NCBI GenBank assembly: GCA_019058365.1
Contig: JAHPZE010000005.1
Location: 96,001 to 160,000, forward strand
Reading direction: 5' to 3'
DNA from: Promethearchaeota archaeon
GTDB taxonomy: Archaea > Asgardarchaeota > Lokiarchaeia > Sigyniarchaeales > SOKP01
Length of the DNA stretch: 64,000 nt
How positions within the stretch are numbered: the first letter of the stretch is position 1; each line of letters starts with the position of its first letter. Shown here piece after piece: positions 1 to 10,400 of the stretch. Position numbers and translations under genes: made by a program. The notes below the pieces were generated by a model. That model worked only from the letters and a program-made list of their open reading frames with translations. It had not been told where the DNA came from and did not search any database.

Positions 1-29
1 TGAAATAAAAATCTTCATGAAGATCTGTT

Positions 30-1229
30 TTAGAATTGATTTTCGTTTAATTTATTCTTTAAAACTTTAGTTAATAGAGGTAAAATTTCACATAGATCAC
101 CAACAATCCCGTAGTTAGCAAATTGGAAAATTGGAGCATCAGGATCCTTATTAATTGCGATTATTATATCGCTACTCTTCATTCCAACTAAATGTTGAAT
201 AGTCCCTGAGATTCCACATGCGATGTAAATTTTCGGAGAAACGGTATTTCCACTTTGTCCGACTTGTTGTGATTTTGGAATCCAACCTAAATCAACTGCT
301 GCTCTGCTTGCTCCCACAGCTGCATTTAATACATTGGCTAAGTCCTCAATCAACTTAAAATTCTCCTTACTTCCAACACCTCTACCACCAGATACAATAG
401 TATCCGCTTCACATACGGGAATACCACATTCGAAAGCAGTTCCCCTGATTACTTCTTTTGTTTTTACCTTTAAACCTTGAAGATCTACTTTTACAGGCAC
501 TTCAATGATTTCTGCATTATTATCAGCTTGAATCGGTGCCATTTCCATGACGTTTGGTCTGACTGTTGCCATTTGGGGGCGTGTTGCAGGACAAATAATG
601 TCAGCCATAATATTTCCACCAAAAGCCGGTCTGGTTTGTAATAATAATCCATCGCGTATCGACAATCCAGTACAATCAGCAGTAAGTCCTAATTCTAAAG
701 TTGCTGCTACTCTTGGTGCTAGATCCCTTCCATTTATTGTTGCAGGATATAATACAATATTTGGGTTATATTTTGAAATTATTCCTGTAATTACAGAAGA
801 ATAAGTTTCAGTATGATAATCCCTAAGAGCTTCATGTTCAGCAACATATACTTTGTAAGCACCACGCTTAGAAAATTCCTGAGAAAGCCTTTTTACATTA
901 TCTCCTAAAAGTAACACACAAGCTCTTTGATATATAATATCTGCTAATTCTCTTGCTTTACCCAGTAATTCAAATGAGACATTTCTAACCTTTCTATCTT
1001 TTATTTCAGCAACAACCCATACGTCCTGATATTTTGATAAATCAATCTCTTCAATTTTTTTCCGCTGAATTTTAATTGCCCCTACATTACATTGATCGAC
1101 GCATGCACCACAAAGAGTGCACTCATCTCCTATTATAGCTATTTTATCTACAACTGTTATTGCTCCAAATGGACATGCTTTTTCACAGAGCCCGCATCCA
1201 GTACATTTCTCCTTATCTACATTTATCAG
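30..1229 (-). CDS. etfA: Electron transfer flavoprotein alpha subunit with N-terminal 2[4Fe-4S] ferredoxin domain (probable CTG start)
   Basis: The ORF track starts at GTG 917, but the frame is open to a TGA at 1238-1236. The extension encodes CTGCGLCEKACP and CTLCGACVDQC ferredoxin motifs followed by the EtfA N-terminus (VWVVAE...ELLGKARELA). EtfA motifs: TADCT, TRPAFGGN, SGGRG, GASRAAVD, QVGQSG, GISGTIQH. A GGTGA RBS lies 6 nt upstream of CTG 1229. Confidence 0.92.
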   Translation of the reverse strand: MINVDKEKCTGCGLCEKACPFGAITVVDKIAIIGDECTLCGACVDQCNVGAIKIQRKKIEEIDLSKYQDVWVVAEIKDRKVRNVSFELLGKARELADIIYQRACVLLLGDNVKRLSQEFSKRGAYKVYVAEHEALRDYHTETYSSVITGIISKYNPNIVLYPATINGRDLAPRVAATLELGLTADCTGLSIRDGLLLQTRPAFGGNIMADIICPATRPQMATVRPNVMEMAPIQADNNAEIIEVPVKVDLQGLKVKTKEVIRGTAFECGIPVCEADTIVSGGRGVGSKENFKLIEDLANVLNAAVGASRAAVDLGWIPKSQQVGQSGNTVSPKIYIACGISGTIQHLVGMKSSDIIIAINKDPDAPIFQFANYGIVGDLCEILPLLTKVLKNKLNENQF

Positions 1230-1230
1230 A

Positions 1231-2019
1231 TTAAATCACCTTATCTTTAGATAATAACTCAATTAATTTTTGGACTGAAGCTTCAGGGGTATCTTCTTTA
1301 ATAACAACCCCTTGTTGTCTTGCTGGGGGAGAATAAACTTTAATAACTTCAGTTAGTGACCCATTTAAGCCATAATCATCTTTATTACCTCCAAGTTCAT
1401 CCGCATCCCAGGTAGAGAATGGCTTTTTATTTGCTTTCATTATATTCATCATGGGAGGATTGGTTGGCTCAAAGGAAGAAGATGTTATTCCAGTTATAAG
1501 TACTGGCAGTTTTACTTCTACAATTTTGTACCCATCATCTGTTTGAACTTGTGCTGTTAATTTTTTACCTTTTAATTTTTCAACACTTTCACAGTGTGTT
1601 ATCTGTGGAATCCCTAAATGAGCCGCAATTTCAGGTCCAACCTGAGCGGTGTCTCCATCAATTGCTTGTAAACCACAGAAAATGATATTAAAATCACCAA
1701 TTTTCTTAATACACTGAGTTAAAGTATATGATGTTGCCCATGTATCAGCACCAGCAAAAGCTCTATCACTTAGCAAGATAGCTTTATCCGCTCCTAATGC
1801 TAAACATTTCAATAAAGCTTTTTTAGCTTGAGGTGGCCCCATGGAAATAACAATAATTTCATCACCTTCTTGTCTGATCTTAATAGCTTCCTCAAGCGCA
1901 AACTGGTCGAAGGGATTCAGAATACTGGGGACACCCTCTCTTATTAATGTGTTGGTTTCTGGGTCAATTTTGACTTCAGTAGTATCTGGAACTTGTTTTA
2001 CACATACAATAAATCTCAT
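1231..2019 (-). CDS. etfB: Electron transfer flavoprotein beta subunit
   Basis: MRFIVCVKQVPD start (ATG at 2019), NPFD, SMGPP, DRAFAGADT and QAIDGDTAQVGP motifs. Confidence 0.95.
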   Translation of the reverse strand: MRFIVCVKQVPDTTEVKIDPETNTLIREGVPSILNPFDQFALEEAIKIRQEGDEIIVISMGPPQAKKALLKCLALGADKAILLSDRAFAGADTWATSYTLTQCIKKIGDFNIIFCGLQAIDGDTAQVGPEIAAHLGIPQITHCESVEKLKGKKLTAQVQTDDGYKIVEVKLPVLITGITSSSFEPTNPPMMNIMKANKKPFSTWDADELGGNKDDYGLNGSLTEVIKVYSPPARQQGVVIKEDTPEASVQKLIELLSKDKVI

Positions 2020-2108
2020 AGTTTCATCAAAATTCAAATAAGATTCTAAATTCAATCTCAATCTTTTAAGAGTTAAATAAAAATATTAAAAATATAAAAA
2101 AAAGTTAA

Positions 2109-3293
2109 TTAATATTGTTTCTTACCAAGTAGCTCTCTCGCTACAATCATCTTCATTACTTCTTTTGTTCCTTCTGCAAGTGAAAATGATCGAACAGCTC
2201 TCCATGCGGCTTGATCAAGGCATTCTCGTGAATATCCAAAAGCACCTTGCCATTGCATGACATCATTTATAGCTTCACAAGCCCAATCCGAGCAGAACAT
2301 TTTAGCTTGAGCTACAATATTACTTGTTTCGAATCTACTTACCTTTCCTTCTTGTTCTAAATCAATAGTCTTTAAAGCTTTATAACCCAAATCCCTTAAC
2401 ATATTCAATTTTGTATAGTGTTCAGATAGTCTAAAATTTATTTCTTGATATTGTGCTAAAGGTTTTCCAAATGATTTTCTTTCTTTAATATAATTTATTC
2501 CGTTTTCTAACGATTTCAAGCCAGCGGATGCGCAAATTACAGAAATTAATGCCCTTGCATATTCATATCCTTCATGGAGTATGTAGAATCCTCTGTTTTC
2601 TTCTCCTAATATATAATGTTTTGGGATTCTTACATTATCTATAGAGAACCCACCGCATGAAATCCCCTCTCTACCTAAATCGTTTATATAGGTAGGTGTA
2701 ATTCCTTCAGCTGTCAATGGTAAATAAAATGTAGTCATTCCTCTTGTCCCACGCTCAGGAGTTTGATGGGCAATTGTGATATGTCCGCCACCGTGTGTTA
2801 CAGCCTCTCTAACTCCACTAATATACATTTTTTCACCGTTCACCACAAATCCATCTCCATCTGGCTTTATGGATGTTTTAGTGGCGCCTACATCAGAACC
2901 AGCATCACTTTCAGTTGTAGCTATTCCAAGGAACCATTCACCTGAGACTGTTTTAGGAAATATTTCTTGTTTTGCTTCTTCTGTTCCATATTTATTTAAA
3001 AGAAAACCCCATGACGCGGGAACCAAGTAATATACACATGTAGAACCTGTGCAATCTGCTTTTGCTAGTTCTTCTGCGATAACACCGGCACTTACGGCAT
3101 CTAATCCGGGACCACCATACTTTTCTGAAGCTGTACAGGTCATTAGTCCTAATTCGGCCATTCCTTTGACGATATCTCTAGGTATTGCCTTAGTTTCTTC
3201 CATGTGAAGAGCAATTGGGGCTATTTTACTTTGAGCAAATTCCCTTACACTTTCCCGAATCATTTCTTGTTCTTCAGTAAATTTAATACTCAT
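2109..3293 (-). CDS. Acyl-CoA dehydrogenase
   Basis: FTEEQEMIRESVREFA N-terminus, TESDAGSD, NGEKMYIS, RKSFGKPL, GAFGY and C-terminal catalytic AEGT; directly upstream of etfB/etfA. Confidence 0.95.
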   Translation of the reverse strand: MSIKFTEEQEMIRESVREFAQSKIAPIALHMEETKAIPRDIVKGMAELGLMTCTASEKYGGPGLDAVSAGVIAEELAKADCTGSTCVYYLVPASWGFLLNKYGTEEAKQEIFPKTVSGEWFLGIATTESDAGSDVGATKTSIKPDGDGFVVNGEKMYISGVREAVTHGGGHITIAHQTPERGTRGMTTFYLPLTAEGITPTYINDLGREGISCGGFSIDNVRIPKHYILGEENRGFYILHEGYEYARALISVICASAGLKSLENGINYIKERKSFGKPLAQYQEINFRLSEHYTKLNMLRDLGYKALKTIDLEQEGKVSRFETSNIVAQAKMFCSDWACEAINDVMQWQGAFGYSRECLDQAAWRAVRSFSLAEGTKEVMKMIVARELLGKKQY

Positions 3294-3429
3294 ATATCTT
3301 ACCTTTTTGATAATAGTTAATCTGTATACCTTTTAATTGCTAAAAATTCTTAAGTTTTATTATTCAATTAAAAGATCAAATTAATCGGGAATAAAATGGG
3401 TCGAAAAGACTTAAAAACAGTAATTATCT

Positions 3430-3837
3430 CTACTTTTCTACAATGATAAATCCTTTTTTTTCTAAGATATCTACGGCTTCCTCGATGATCGTGTCTTCAA
3501 CACGTAATATAAGCATAGATTCATCTTTTACTAAAGTAGAGTAAAAATAATCAATGTTAATTTTGTTTTCGCCTAAAGATTTTGGTATCTCATAAAGTGC
3601 TTGTGGATGATCATTCAACCTGACAGCAATGACATTAGTGGTAGAGATAAGAAAATCCTTTTCTTCTAATAAATTAATGCATTTTTCTGGTTTATCAACT
3701 AAAATTAATATTAACCCATAATCACTGGTTTTTGCTACTGTCAAGGCTCGTATAAAGATTTTATTATCCATAAGAAGTTTTATAAAATTAGCAAGTTCAC
3801 CTGGTCTATCTTCTAAAAACACTGAGAGCTGAATCAT
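3430..3837 (-). CDS. Tandem ACT-domain protein (BT0572-like)
   Basis: MIQLSVFLEDRPGELA, second unit LNDHPQAL...INIDYFY. Start moved to ATG 3837; the longer ORF-track N-terminus overlaps the divergent gene. Confidence 0.8.
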   Translation of the reverse strand: MIQLSVFLEDRPGELANFIKLLMDNKIFIRALTVAKTSDYGLILILVDKPEKCINLLEEKDFLISTTNVIAVRLNDHPQALYEIPKSLGENKINIDYFYSTLVKDESMLILRVEDTIIEEAVDILEKKGFIIVEK

Positions 3838-3942
3838 TTTAACCAAATTTTTAAAAAGTAAATAGATGTTAAATTTTAATATTCCCTTTTTTTTAAACTT
3901 AGTAAGAAAATTATTATGAAGATATGATTTTAAATTAAACTG

Positions 3943-4701
3943 ATGCTGAAGGATTTTTACGATCAACACAAAAATTTTTCCTTTAGAACTTTATCAGAAT
4001 ACTATCTATCTCCAGGAATAAGATGTAAGTTTGATATATTGAAAGAAAAAATTAAAACTAAAAGAAAATTTTCGCATGGCATTGATCTCGGTTCATCTGG
4101 AAATTCGATTCTCTCTTTTCTAAATAATATAGAACACAAATCTTTCTTTGATATTGCGGATCTTCCATTAAGGCAATATAAAAATAAAGAAGTATGTTAT
4201 CCTTTATGTGGTGATCTTAATAACTTACCATATAGAGATGAAACATTTGATTTTATAAGTGCTCTTGACGTTTTAGAGCATATTGAAAATGATAATTTAG
4301 CAGTATCAGAAATCGGGAGGATTCTAAAGAAAAATGGGATAGCTGTAATAACAGTTCCTCACAGAATGAAATACTACACAACTCAGGATAAAATAATAGG
4401 ACACTATAGACGGTACGAAATAAAACAAATTATTTCTCTTTTCAATAAATTTAATCTAAGAAACCTAAGAATCTTTGGCGTTTATGGGAGATTGATGATA
4501 ATAGCAGATATACAGTCTACGAATCCTAAAAAAATTGAACAGAGTCTTATACGATTAAGAAATAAATACGAATCCAATGTTTTATTTCGTAAATTTTGGA
4601 ATATTATTGTAGGAATTCTGTCTAAGTTTATGAAAATAGATGCTAAATTTCAATCTAATAAAAGAATTAGGAACTTAGGTTTAATTTTTATAAAGAAATG
4701 A
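3943..4701 (+). CDS. Class I SAM-dependent methyltransferase (Methyltransf_11-like)
   Basis: IDLGSSG (atypical motif I), GDLNNLPYRDETFD, LDVLEHI, RILKKNG, GHYRRY. Confidence 0.85.
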   Translation: MLKDFYDQHKNFSFRTLSEYYLSPGIRCKFDILKEKIKTKRKFSHGIDLGSSGNSILSFLNNIEHKSFFDIADLPLRQYKNKEVCYPLCGDLNNLPYRDETFDFISALDVLEHIENDNLAVSEIGRILKKNGIAVITVPHRMKYYTTQDKIIGHYRRYEIKQIISLFNKFNLRNLRIFGVYGRLMIIADIQSTNPKKIEQSLIRLRNKYESNVLFRKFWNIIVGILSKFMKIDAKFQSNKRIRNLGLIFIKK

Positions 4702-4720
4702 GTATATTTTTAAGAAGCTT

Positions 4721-5125
4721 TCAAGAAGTATCACTCTTCAATTTTTCGAATAATTGTTTGTATTCCTCGATATATTTCTCATCATTAGTTTCCTCTATCT
4801 TTTTAAGAAGTTCTACTGATCTACTTAAAATTTCAGACTGTCGCTTGATTTTTTCATAAAAAATTTTCTTTGTATCTTGTGTTTCGGCCGTTTCTAATTT
4901 ATCTTCATATTCTTTTATAGATGTTTTGATTATGTTCTGGGATTCAATTACTGAAGATGTTAGTTGTTTTTTTCTCTCTTCTAATTTAATACAATTCTCA
5001 CAGACGATTTCTTCATTATTTTCTTGTTTTCTTAATTTTTCTCCCTTCTGCATCATAAAAGGATTCTTACAACGAGAACAAGCAACAAGCTCAAGTAATA
5101 ACTTGTCAGTGTTAGAATCGGGCAT
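4721..5125 (-). CDS. Hypothetical protein, N-terminal CxxC..CxxC zinc ribbon plus coiled coil
   Basis: CSRC and CENC pairs followed by an E/K-rich helical region. Confidence 0.65.
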   Translation of the reverse strand: MPDSNTDKLLLELVACSRCKNPFMMQKGEKLRKQENNEEIVCENCIKLEERKKQLTSSVIESQNIIKTSIKEYEDKLETAETQDTKKIFYEKIKRQSEILSRSVELLKKIEETNDEKYIEEYKQLFEKLKSDTS

Positions 5126-5258
5126 ATTTAAGAGAGAAATGAATTTTTAATTATATTAATTTATCAATAATTATAATCTTGACTTAATAATATATTATTT
5201 TTCTATTAAGTTCTCACTTTTTAGAAAACTAATAATAGCCGAAGGTATTTCACATTAT

Positions 5259-6053
5259 ATGGATGCTGTAGTAGTTATTATTTTATTAATTGCGGGATTT
5301 CTTTTCGGAATTTTAAGCTCTATAGCGGGGATAGGTGGTGGTGTGTTTTTTGTGAGCATTATGGTTCTACTATTTCTTATTCCTATAAATATAGCCGTAG
5401 ATACTTCTGCTTTTATAATATTAATTTCTTCTGGGGGAGGATTTTTTACTTATTTCAGAGAAGAAAGACTGCATATTAAACAAGTTCTTATATTTGCATC
5501 ATTTTCAATATTGGGGAGCATAGTGAGTACGATTATATTCAAATTCTTTAAATTAGATAATACAGTGTTAAAAATTTTTTTTGCTTCAACATTATTGATA
5601 GCTGGATTAAATATGATATACAAGGTAATTAAATCTAGAAAATTTAATCCTTCTCAAGAGGAATATGAAAATAATTTCATACTTAATGATCATGATTACC
5701 AATCAAATTTGAAAAAGTCAATACCATTATTTTTTTTAGCAGGTTTTACTGCTAATTTATTAGGTATTGGAGGAGGTATAATCAATACTCCGGTTCTTAA
5801 CATAATTCTTCAATATCCCATTCATAATGCAACAGCAATTTCTACGGGCATAATATTTTTTACTGCAATATATAATACTATTGCTAAAAGCATTGATGGT
5901 CAAATAAACTATTTAATTGGTATTTTAATTGGATTAGGTGCTATTTTAGGTTCAGTTTTTGGGGCTAAAATTTCTGGAAAAATACAAAAGAAAAATTTAC
6001 AACTTTTGGTTGCTGTTGTGTTGATGGGTTTAGCAATTAGAATGTACTTTTAG
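5259..6053 (+). CDS. TauE/SafE family (sulfite exporter-like) membrane protein
   Basis: Duplicated GIGGG motifs (SIAGIGGG, LLGIGGG), about 8 TM segments, AVDTS and ATAIS motifs. Confidence 0.9.
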   Translation: MDAVVVIILLIAGFLFGILSSIAGIGGGVFFVSIMVLLFLIPINIAVDTSAFIILISSGGGFFTYFREERLHIKQVLIFASFSILGSIVSTIIFKFFKLDNTVLKIFFASTLLIAGLNMIYKVIKSRKFNPSQEEYENNFILNDHDYQSNLKKSIPLFFLAGFTANLLGIGGGIINTPVLNIILQYPIHNATAISTGIIFFTAIYNTIAKSIDGQINYLIGILIGLGAILGSVFGAKISGKIQKKNLQLLVAVVLMGLAIRMYF

Positions 6054-6128
6054 GATGTGATTTTTAAAACTTTATAAATTTTGAAATTCAATTTTTAATT
6101 AGATAAACCTTAAAAATAACCTCTTGGG

Positions 6129-7232
6129 GTGGAATTAATTAAATCTGAAAACAAAAATAATCATGAAATTTCCATTAACAGTCAAATAAAAAAATTTGCT
6201 ATAAACGGTCTTTATGGTTTTAATACCATTATATTAATTGGCATGGGTAGACGTTTAGGCATTTTTAATTATTTATATGAAAAAGTTAAATCTTCACATA
6301 GTTCTGGTAAAAATATTGAGGTGATTTTTACTCCAATTGAGCTGTCTGAAAATCTAAATTTGGATTTTAAGTACTTAGACGGTTGGTTTCATTTGGCACT
6401 TGAATGTGGTATACTTGAGATTGAAAATTCAGAAAAGAAAATTTTAAAAACTGCTCCTTATGTATATGATTTACTTGTTGATCCAAACAATGAGTTTTAT
6501 ATTGGAGGAACTTTAGGAGCATTCTATTATATTGCTCCAGCTCAGAATACCTTTATAGAGAATTTTAAAACAGGAAAAGTCTGGAGCATATTGGATTTAC
6601 CTGGAGATGTTATGAAAGATCTACAAGAACGTGGGGCAAGGTTTGGTACTTTAGTAGAAAGATTGTTTTCTAAAAAGTTTGAAAATTTTTGTAAAAATGT
6701 ATTAAAGAAAGGTACTATTCTTGAACTAGGATGCGGTTATGGATTTAATCTTGAAACCTGGGCAAAAAAGTATACAAATGCTAGATTTGTAGGAATTGAT
6801 ATCGATCCCAATGCATTAGCACATGCAAAGAAATTAATAGAATTAAATATGTGGAATGAAAGGATTGAAATATTTGATATAGAAATTGATGAATTTGCCC
6901 GTTCCTTTAAAAAGAAATTTGATTTGATCATATTAAATCAGGTACTCCACGAAATGAACACTGATGAGAATTACCGTAGAGGTGTATTTAACAATCTATA
7001 TTCCTTATTGAAGGATAATGGGATTTTACTGATTGGAGAAAGTATGATTCCTGATACTTTTACCCCGAAAAAAAGATTTCAACTTTTTGATATCACACAT
7101 AAGTTTACAGAAGTAAAAGCTTCTCTGTTTTATAATGAAAAAAGCTTCAAAGAATTTATTGATTCAACTCCATTTACTAAGGCAAATTTTATAAGAGAAG
7201 GTGGAGATAGTATCTGGGTAGTAAAAAAATAA
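6129..7232 (+). CDS. SAM-dependent methyltransferase with N-terminal winged-helix/dimerisation region
   Basis: ILELGCGYG, FVGIDID, FDLII, LHEM, LKDNG; N-terminal GRRLGIF...ELSENLNLD...GW. The start may be ATT 6138. Confidence 0.85.
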   Translation: MELIKSENKNNHEISINSQIKKFAINGLYGFNTIILIGMGRRLGIFNYLYEKVKSSHSSGKNIEVIFTPIELSENLNLDFKYLDGWFHLALECGILEIENSEKKILKTAPYVYDLLVDPNNEFYIGGTLGAFYYIAPAQNTFIENFKTGKVWSILDLPGDVMKDLQERGARFGTLVERLFSKKFENFCKNVLKKGTILELGCGYGFNLETWAKKYTNARFVGIDIDPNALAHAKKLIELNMWNERIEIFDIEIDEFARSFKKKFDLIILNQVLHEMNTDENYRRGVFNNLYSLLKDNGILLIGESMIPDTFTPKKRFQLFDITHKFTEVKASLFYNEKSFKEFIDSTPFTKANFIREGGDSIWVVKK

Positions 7233-7254
7233 AGCAAGTAATCATCCATTTAAT

Positions 7255-7344
7255 GATATTGACCTCTTCAAATTACGTTCAGAACACTAAAACTGGGAAA
7301 TAGAACAAAAAAAAGAATTGCAATTTATCCAAAGTACAAGATAA
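7255..7344 (+). pseudogene. Decayed 3'-terminal fragment of a paralog of the downstream TPR-nitrilase gene
   Basis: Translates DIDLFKLRSEH*NWEIEQKKELQFIQSTR*, versus DIDLFKLRSERKKWEKQQKKEVQFIQSTR* at 11222-11311. 74/90 nt identical by manual count; internal TAA at 7288-7290. Confidence 0.9.
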
Positions 7345-7474
7345 AATATTCTAAATCATACCTTTAAAAAAGAAAAAAATATAAAATGATTTAACTTGAA
7401 TATTAATCATTCTTTAGATATACATAATGAATCCAAGGTTATTAAAAGGAAAATATATATGAGAGTTTAGTCGT

Positions 7475-10400
7475 ATGATAATGAATGGAGAAAATATAGA
7501 GATTTTATTAGAGAAAGCAATACTTGAAGAAAAACATTATAGCTGGAAAGAAGCAGCTAACCTATATGATCAAATTGCAAAATCTTATTTAAGTATGGGT
7601 GATAAGAAAAAAGCAGCAGAAATGTATTATAAATCTGGATGGTCTTTTTTTGAAGCATCTTATGCATCAGAAAATACTGAGGATTTAATAGAGAATAGTA
7701 AAAATTTGATTAGAACATTAAAAGAATCTGAAAATCTCTTCAAAGAAAATAGAAATATATCTGAGGAATTAGAATGTAAAGGATTTAGAATACTGTTACA
7801 AGCTATGTTTTTTACAAAATCAAAACCTGAAGTCCCAAATTTAGTACGCGAATCTTTTGAGATTATCATAAGATCATATCAACTTTATAATAAAGATGTG
7901 ATTAACGAAAAACTTGCTAGAAAACCATATGTTTGTTCATTAATTGCAGTTACTCTAGCTTATTGTAGTAGAGATCCTAAAGAAATATATATAACTTTAC
8001 AAAAAGGGTTAGATTTTGCGTATGAGGCTTGGAAAATTTCAAAAGAGGTAAAAGATTTTAAACTTCTCACTAATTCACTGGAGTTAGAAACTACAGCTTG
8101 GAAAATTCTAACTTTTATAAAAAACTTCAAACAAGATAAACATTGGAAAGAATTTTTAGGAAATCTCATTTTAAGATGTGAAGAAAGTCTAAAAATTATA
8201 GAAGAATCTAAAGATTCACAACTTCTTAGAACAATTAATTGGGTAACTGGTCTAGCTTATGTAAATTTTGGATTTCATTATCTTGAAGAAGAAGTAGAGC
8301 AGAGAAAATATCTTGATAAAGGTCTGGAATTAATTGAAAAAAGTATCAAATTTGCAAGAGATACGAGAAATAATTATGTTTTGATTCAGATATTCTTCGA
8401 TCTCGATTTCTACCTCTTCGTGGCGGGTAGAATCGATTATCTTCAGAAAAGAATTATTAATGATATCGATGAAATCACCAAGAAAGGAAAAATATTTGAA
8501 AATACTAATATTTCTTCCTATTTTATAGCTAATTATTTAACTGCATTCTATTATTCGAATAGCGCTCAAATGAGCTTTTTTCCCATAACCCAAAGAATTT
8601 CATATGCTAAGAAGGGTATTGAATATGCTAGAATAGCTTTAACAAAAAACATATGTGAATTTATGAATACATTGCCATATCAAGCTTTAGTCTGGTCATA
8701 TTCTCAATTAATTAACTTAACAAACTTACAAGAAGAACGTATTGAGTTTATGCAGAAAATGCTTGAATATGCAAATAAGGCTAAGGAGATTGGTGAAAAA
8801 TTTGAAGGTGGGTTTACTCGAACTGATGGTTATTCTTCCATATACAGAGCTTATAAAACTTTAGCTGATATTGCTGATAATAAGCAAGAAAAAGTTAAAA
8901 TGTTAAACATTGCTATTGATGCTGGTAAAAATTACGCGAATCACGCATTGGAATCTCGGACTGGCATAATAACGGCAACATTGCGATTAGGACTTTTATA
9001 TGAAGAAATGGGTATATTAACATTGAATAAAGAGGCATTTCTCCGGGCTAAAACATTATTTGATAATCTTATTAGTGAATGCATTGAAAAAAAATATCAC
9101 TCATACGCGGCAGCTGGATGTGAATATATCGCTCGGATCGAAGATAGATTAGGGAATCACAATAGTTCTGCATGTTATTATGAAAAAGCTAAAACTGCAT
9201 ATTTAAATTCACTGCAAAATGTTGGTTACAAACTCCTTAAAAACAGAATTAATGAAAAAATTAATTATGTAGATGCTTGGAGCTTTATAGAAAAAGCAAA
9301 AGCATACCATAAAAAGGAAAATCATCTAAAAGCTAAGGAAAGTTATGAGAGAGCTTTTAAAATTCTTAGAGGATTTCATAATTTTAATTATGAATCTGTT
9401 TATTATTCTGCTTGGGCTATACAAGAAGAAGCAGAACAATTTAGCAAACTTGAAAATCATAAAGAAGCTATAGAAAAATTTGATGCAACAAATACAATTT
9501 TTAACGATTCCATAAAGGCTATGAATAAAATCGCTAACCAGATAAAAGATAAATTCACTATACAAAGGATTGAAAGGCTTAAAAAAGTAGCACAATTACG
9601 GATTAAATATTGTTTAGCAAGATCACATATAGAAAAGGCGAGAATTCTTGGAAAAAAAGGTGAGTATAGCGCAGCAGCAGAGTTATTTGCCTCTGCCGCA
9701 TCTGAGTTTAGAGATGTTTGTAATCTCTTTAAAATTGAATCAGAAAGGGTTGAACTTGAAGCAGTATACTTTCTCTGTAGAGCATGGGAAAGCATGGAAC
9801 TGGCTGAGAAATTTGTTGATCCAGAAAGATTTGCAGATGCAGCAAATCTCTTCATTAAAGCAAGTGAACTTTTTAGTGATAGCAAATTAAAATTATTAGC
9901 TTCTGGTAATTCAGCCTTTTGTGAAGCTTTAGAATTAGGTTGTGAGTTTGATGGAACTCATGAATATAATATAAAAGCAGAATTATATCCAAAAATCAGA
10001 ACAAGATTAAGAAAAGCTGCTTCTTCTTATGAAAAAGGTGGTTTTGAAAAAGGAAGTGACTGGGCGTTAGCAACATTAACCTATTTTGATGCTGCATGGT
10101 CTTTAATACAAGCAGATGAAAAATTAGAGTTTGAGGAAAGGAAAAAACTCTTAAGTATTGGATCAGAATATTTAAAGTCCGCAGCAGCACTTTTTAGTAA
10201 AGCTGGTTATAAAGATAAGGAAAAAGAAACTTTAAAACACTTGAATATTGTCGCAAAAGAAGAAAAAATAATTTTTTCAGCTTTAAATTCAATTAAAAAA
10301 CCAGGTATATCGGGTAGTACTGTTGGGATTATCGCTCCTGCTTGTGCGGTAGAAATCAGTCAATCTCCGAGATTAGGTGAAGTAACTCAATTTACTCAAG

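Noticed and set aside
1-18. Minus-strand ATG giving MKIFIS at the window edge (possible next gene in the etf operon; TIR- or M55-like start)
   Set aside because: Only six codons are visible, so it cannot be assigned.
3838-3969. ORF-track N-terminal extensions (ACT protein; also etfB 2020-2061 and PIG-L 37567-37620)
   Set aside because: They run through AT-rich intergenic or promoter sequence; family-typical N-termini begin at the downstream ATG.
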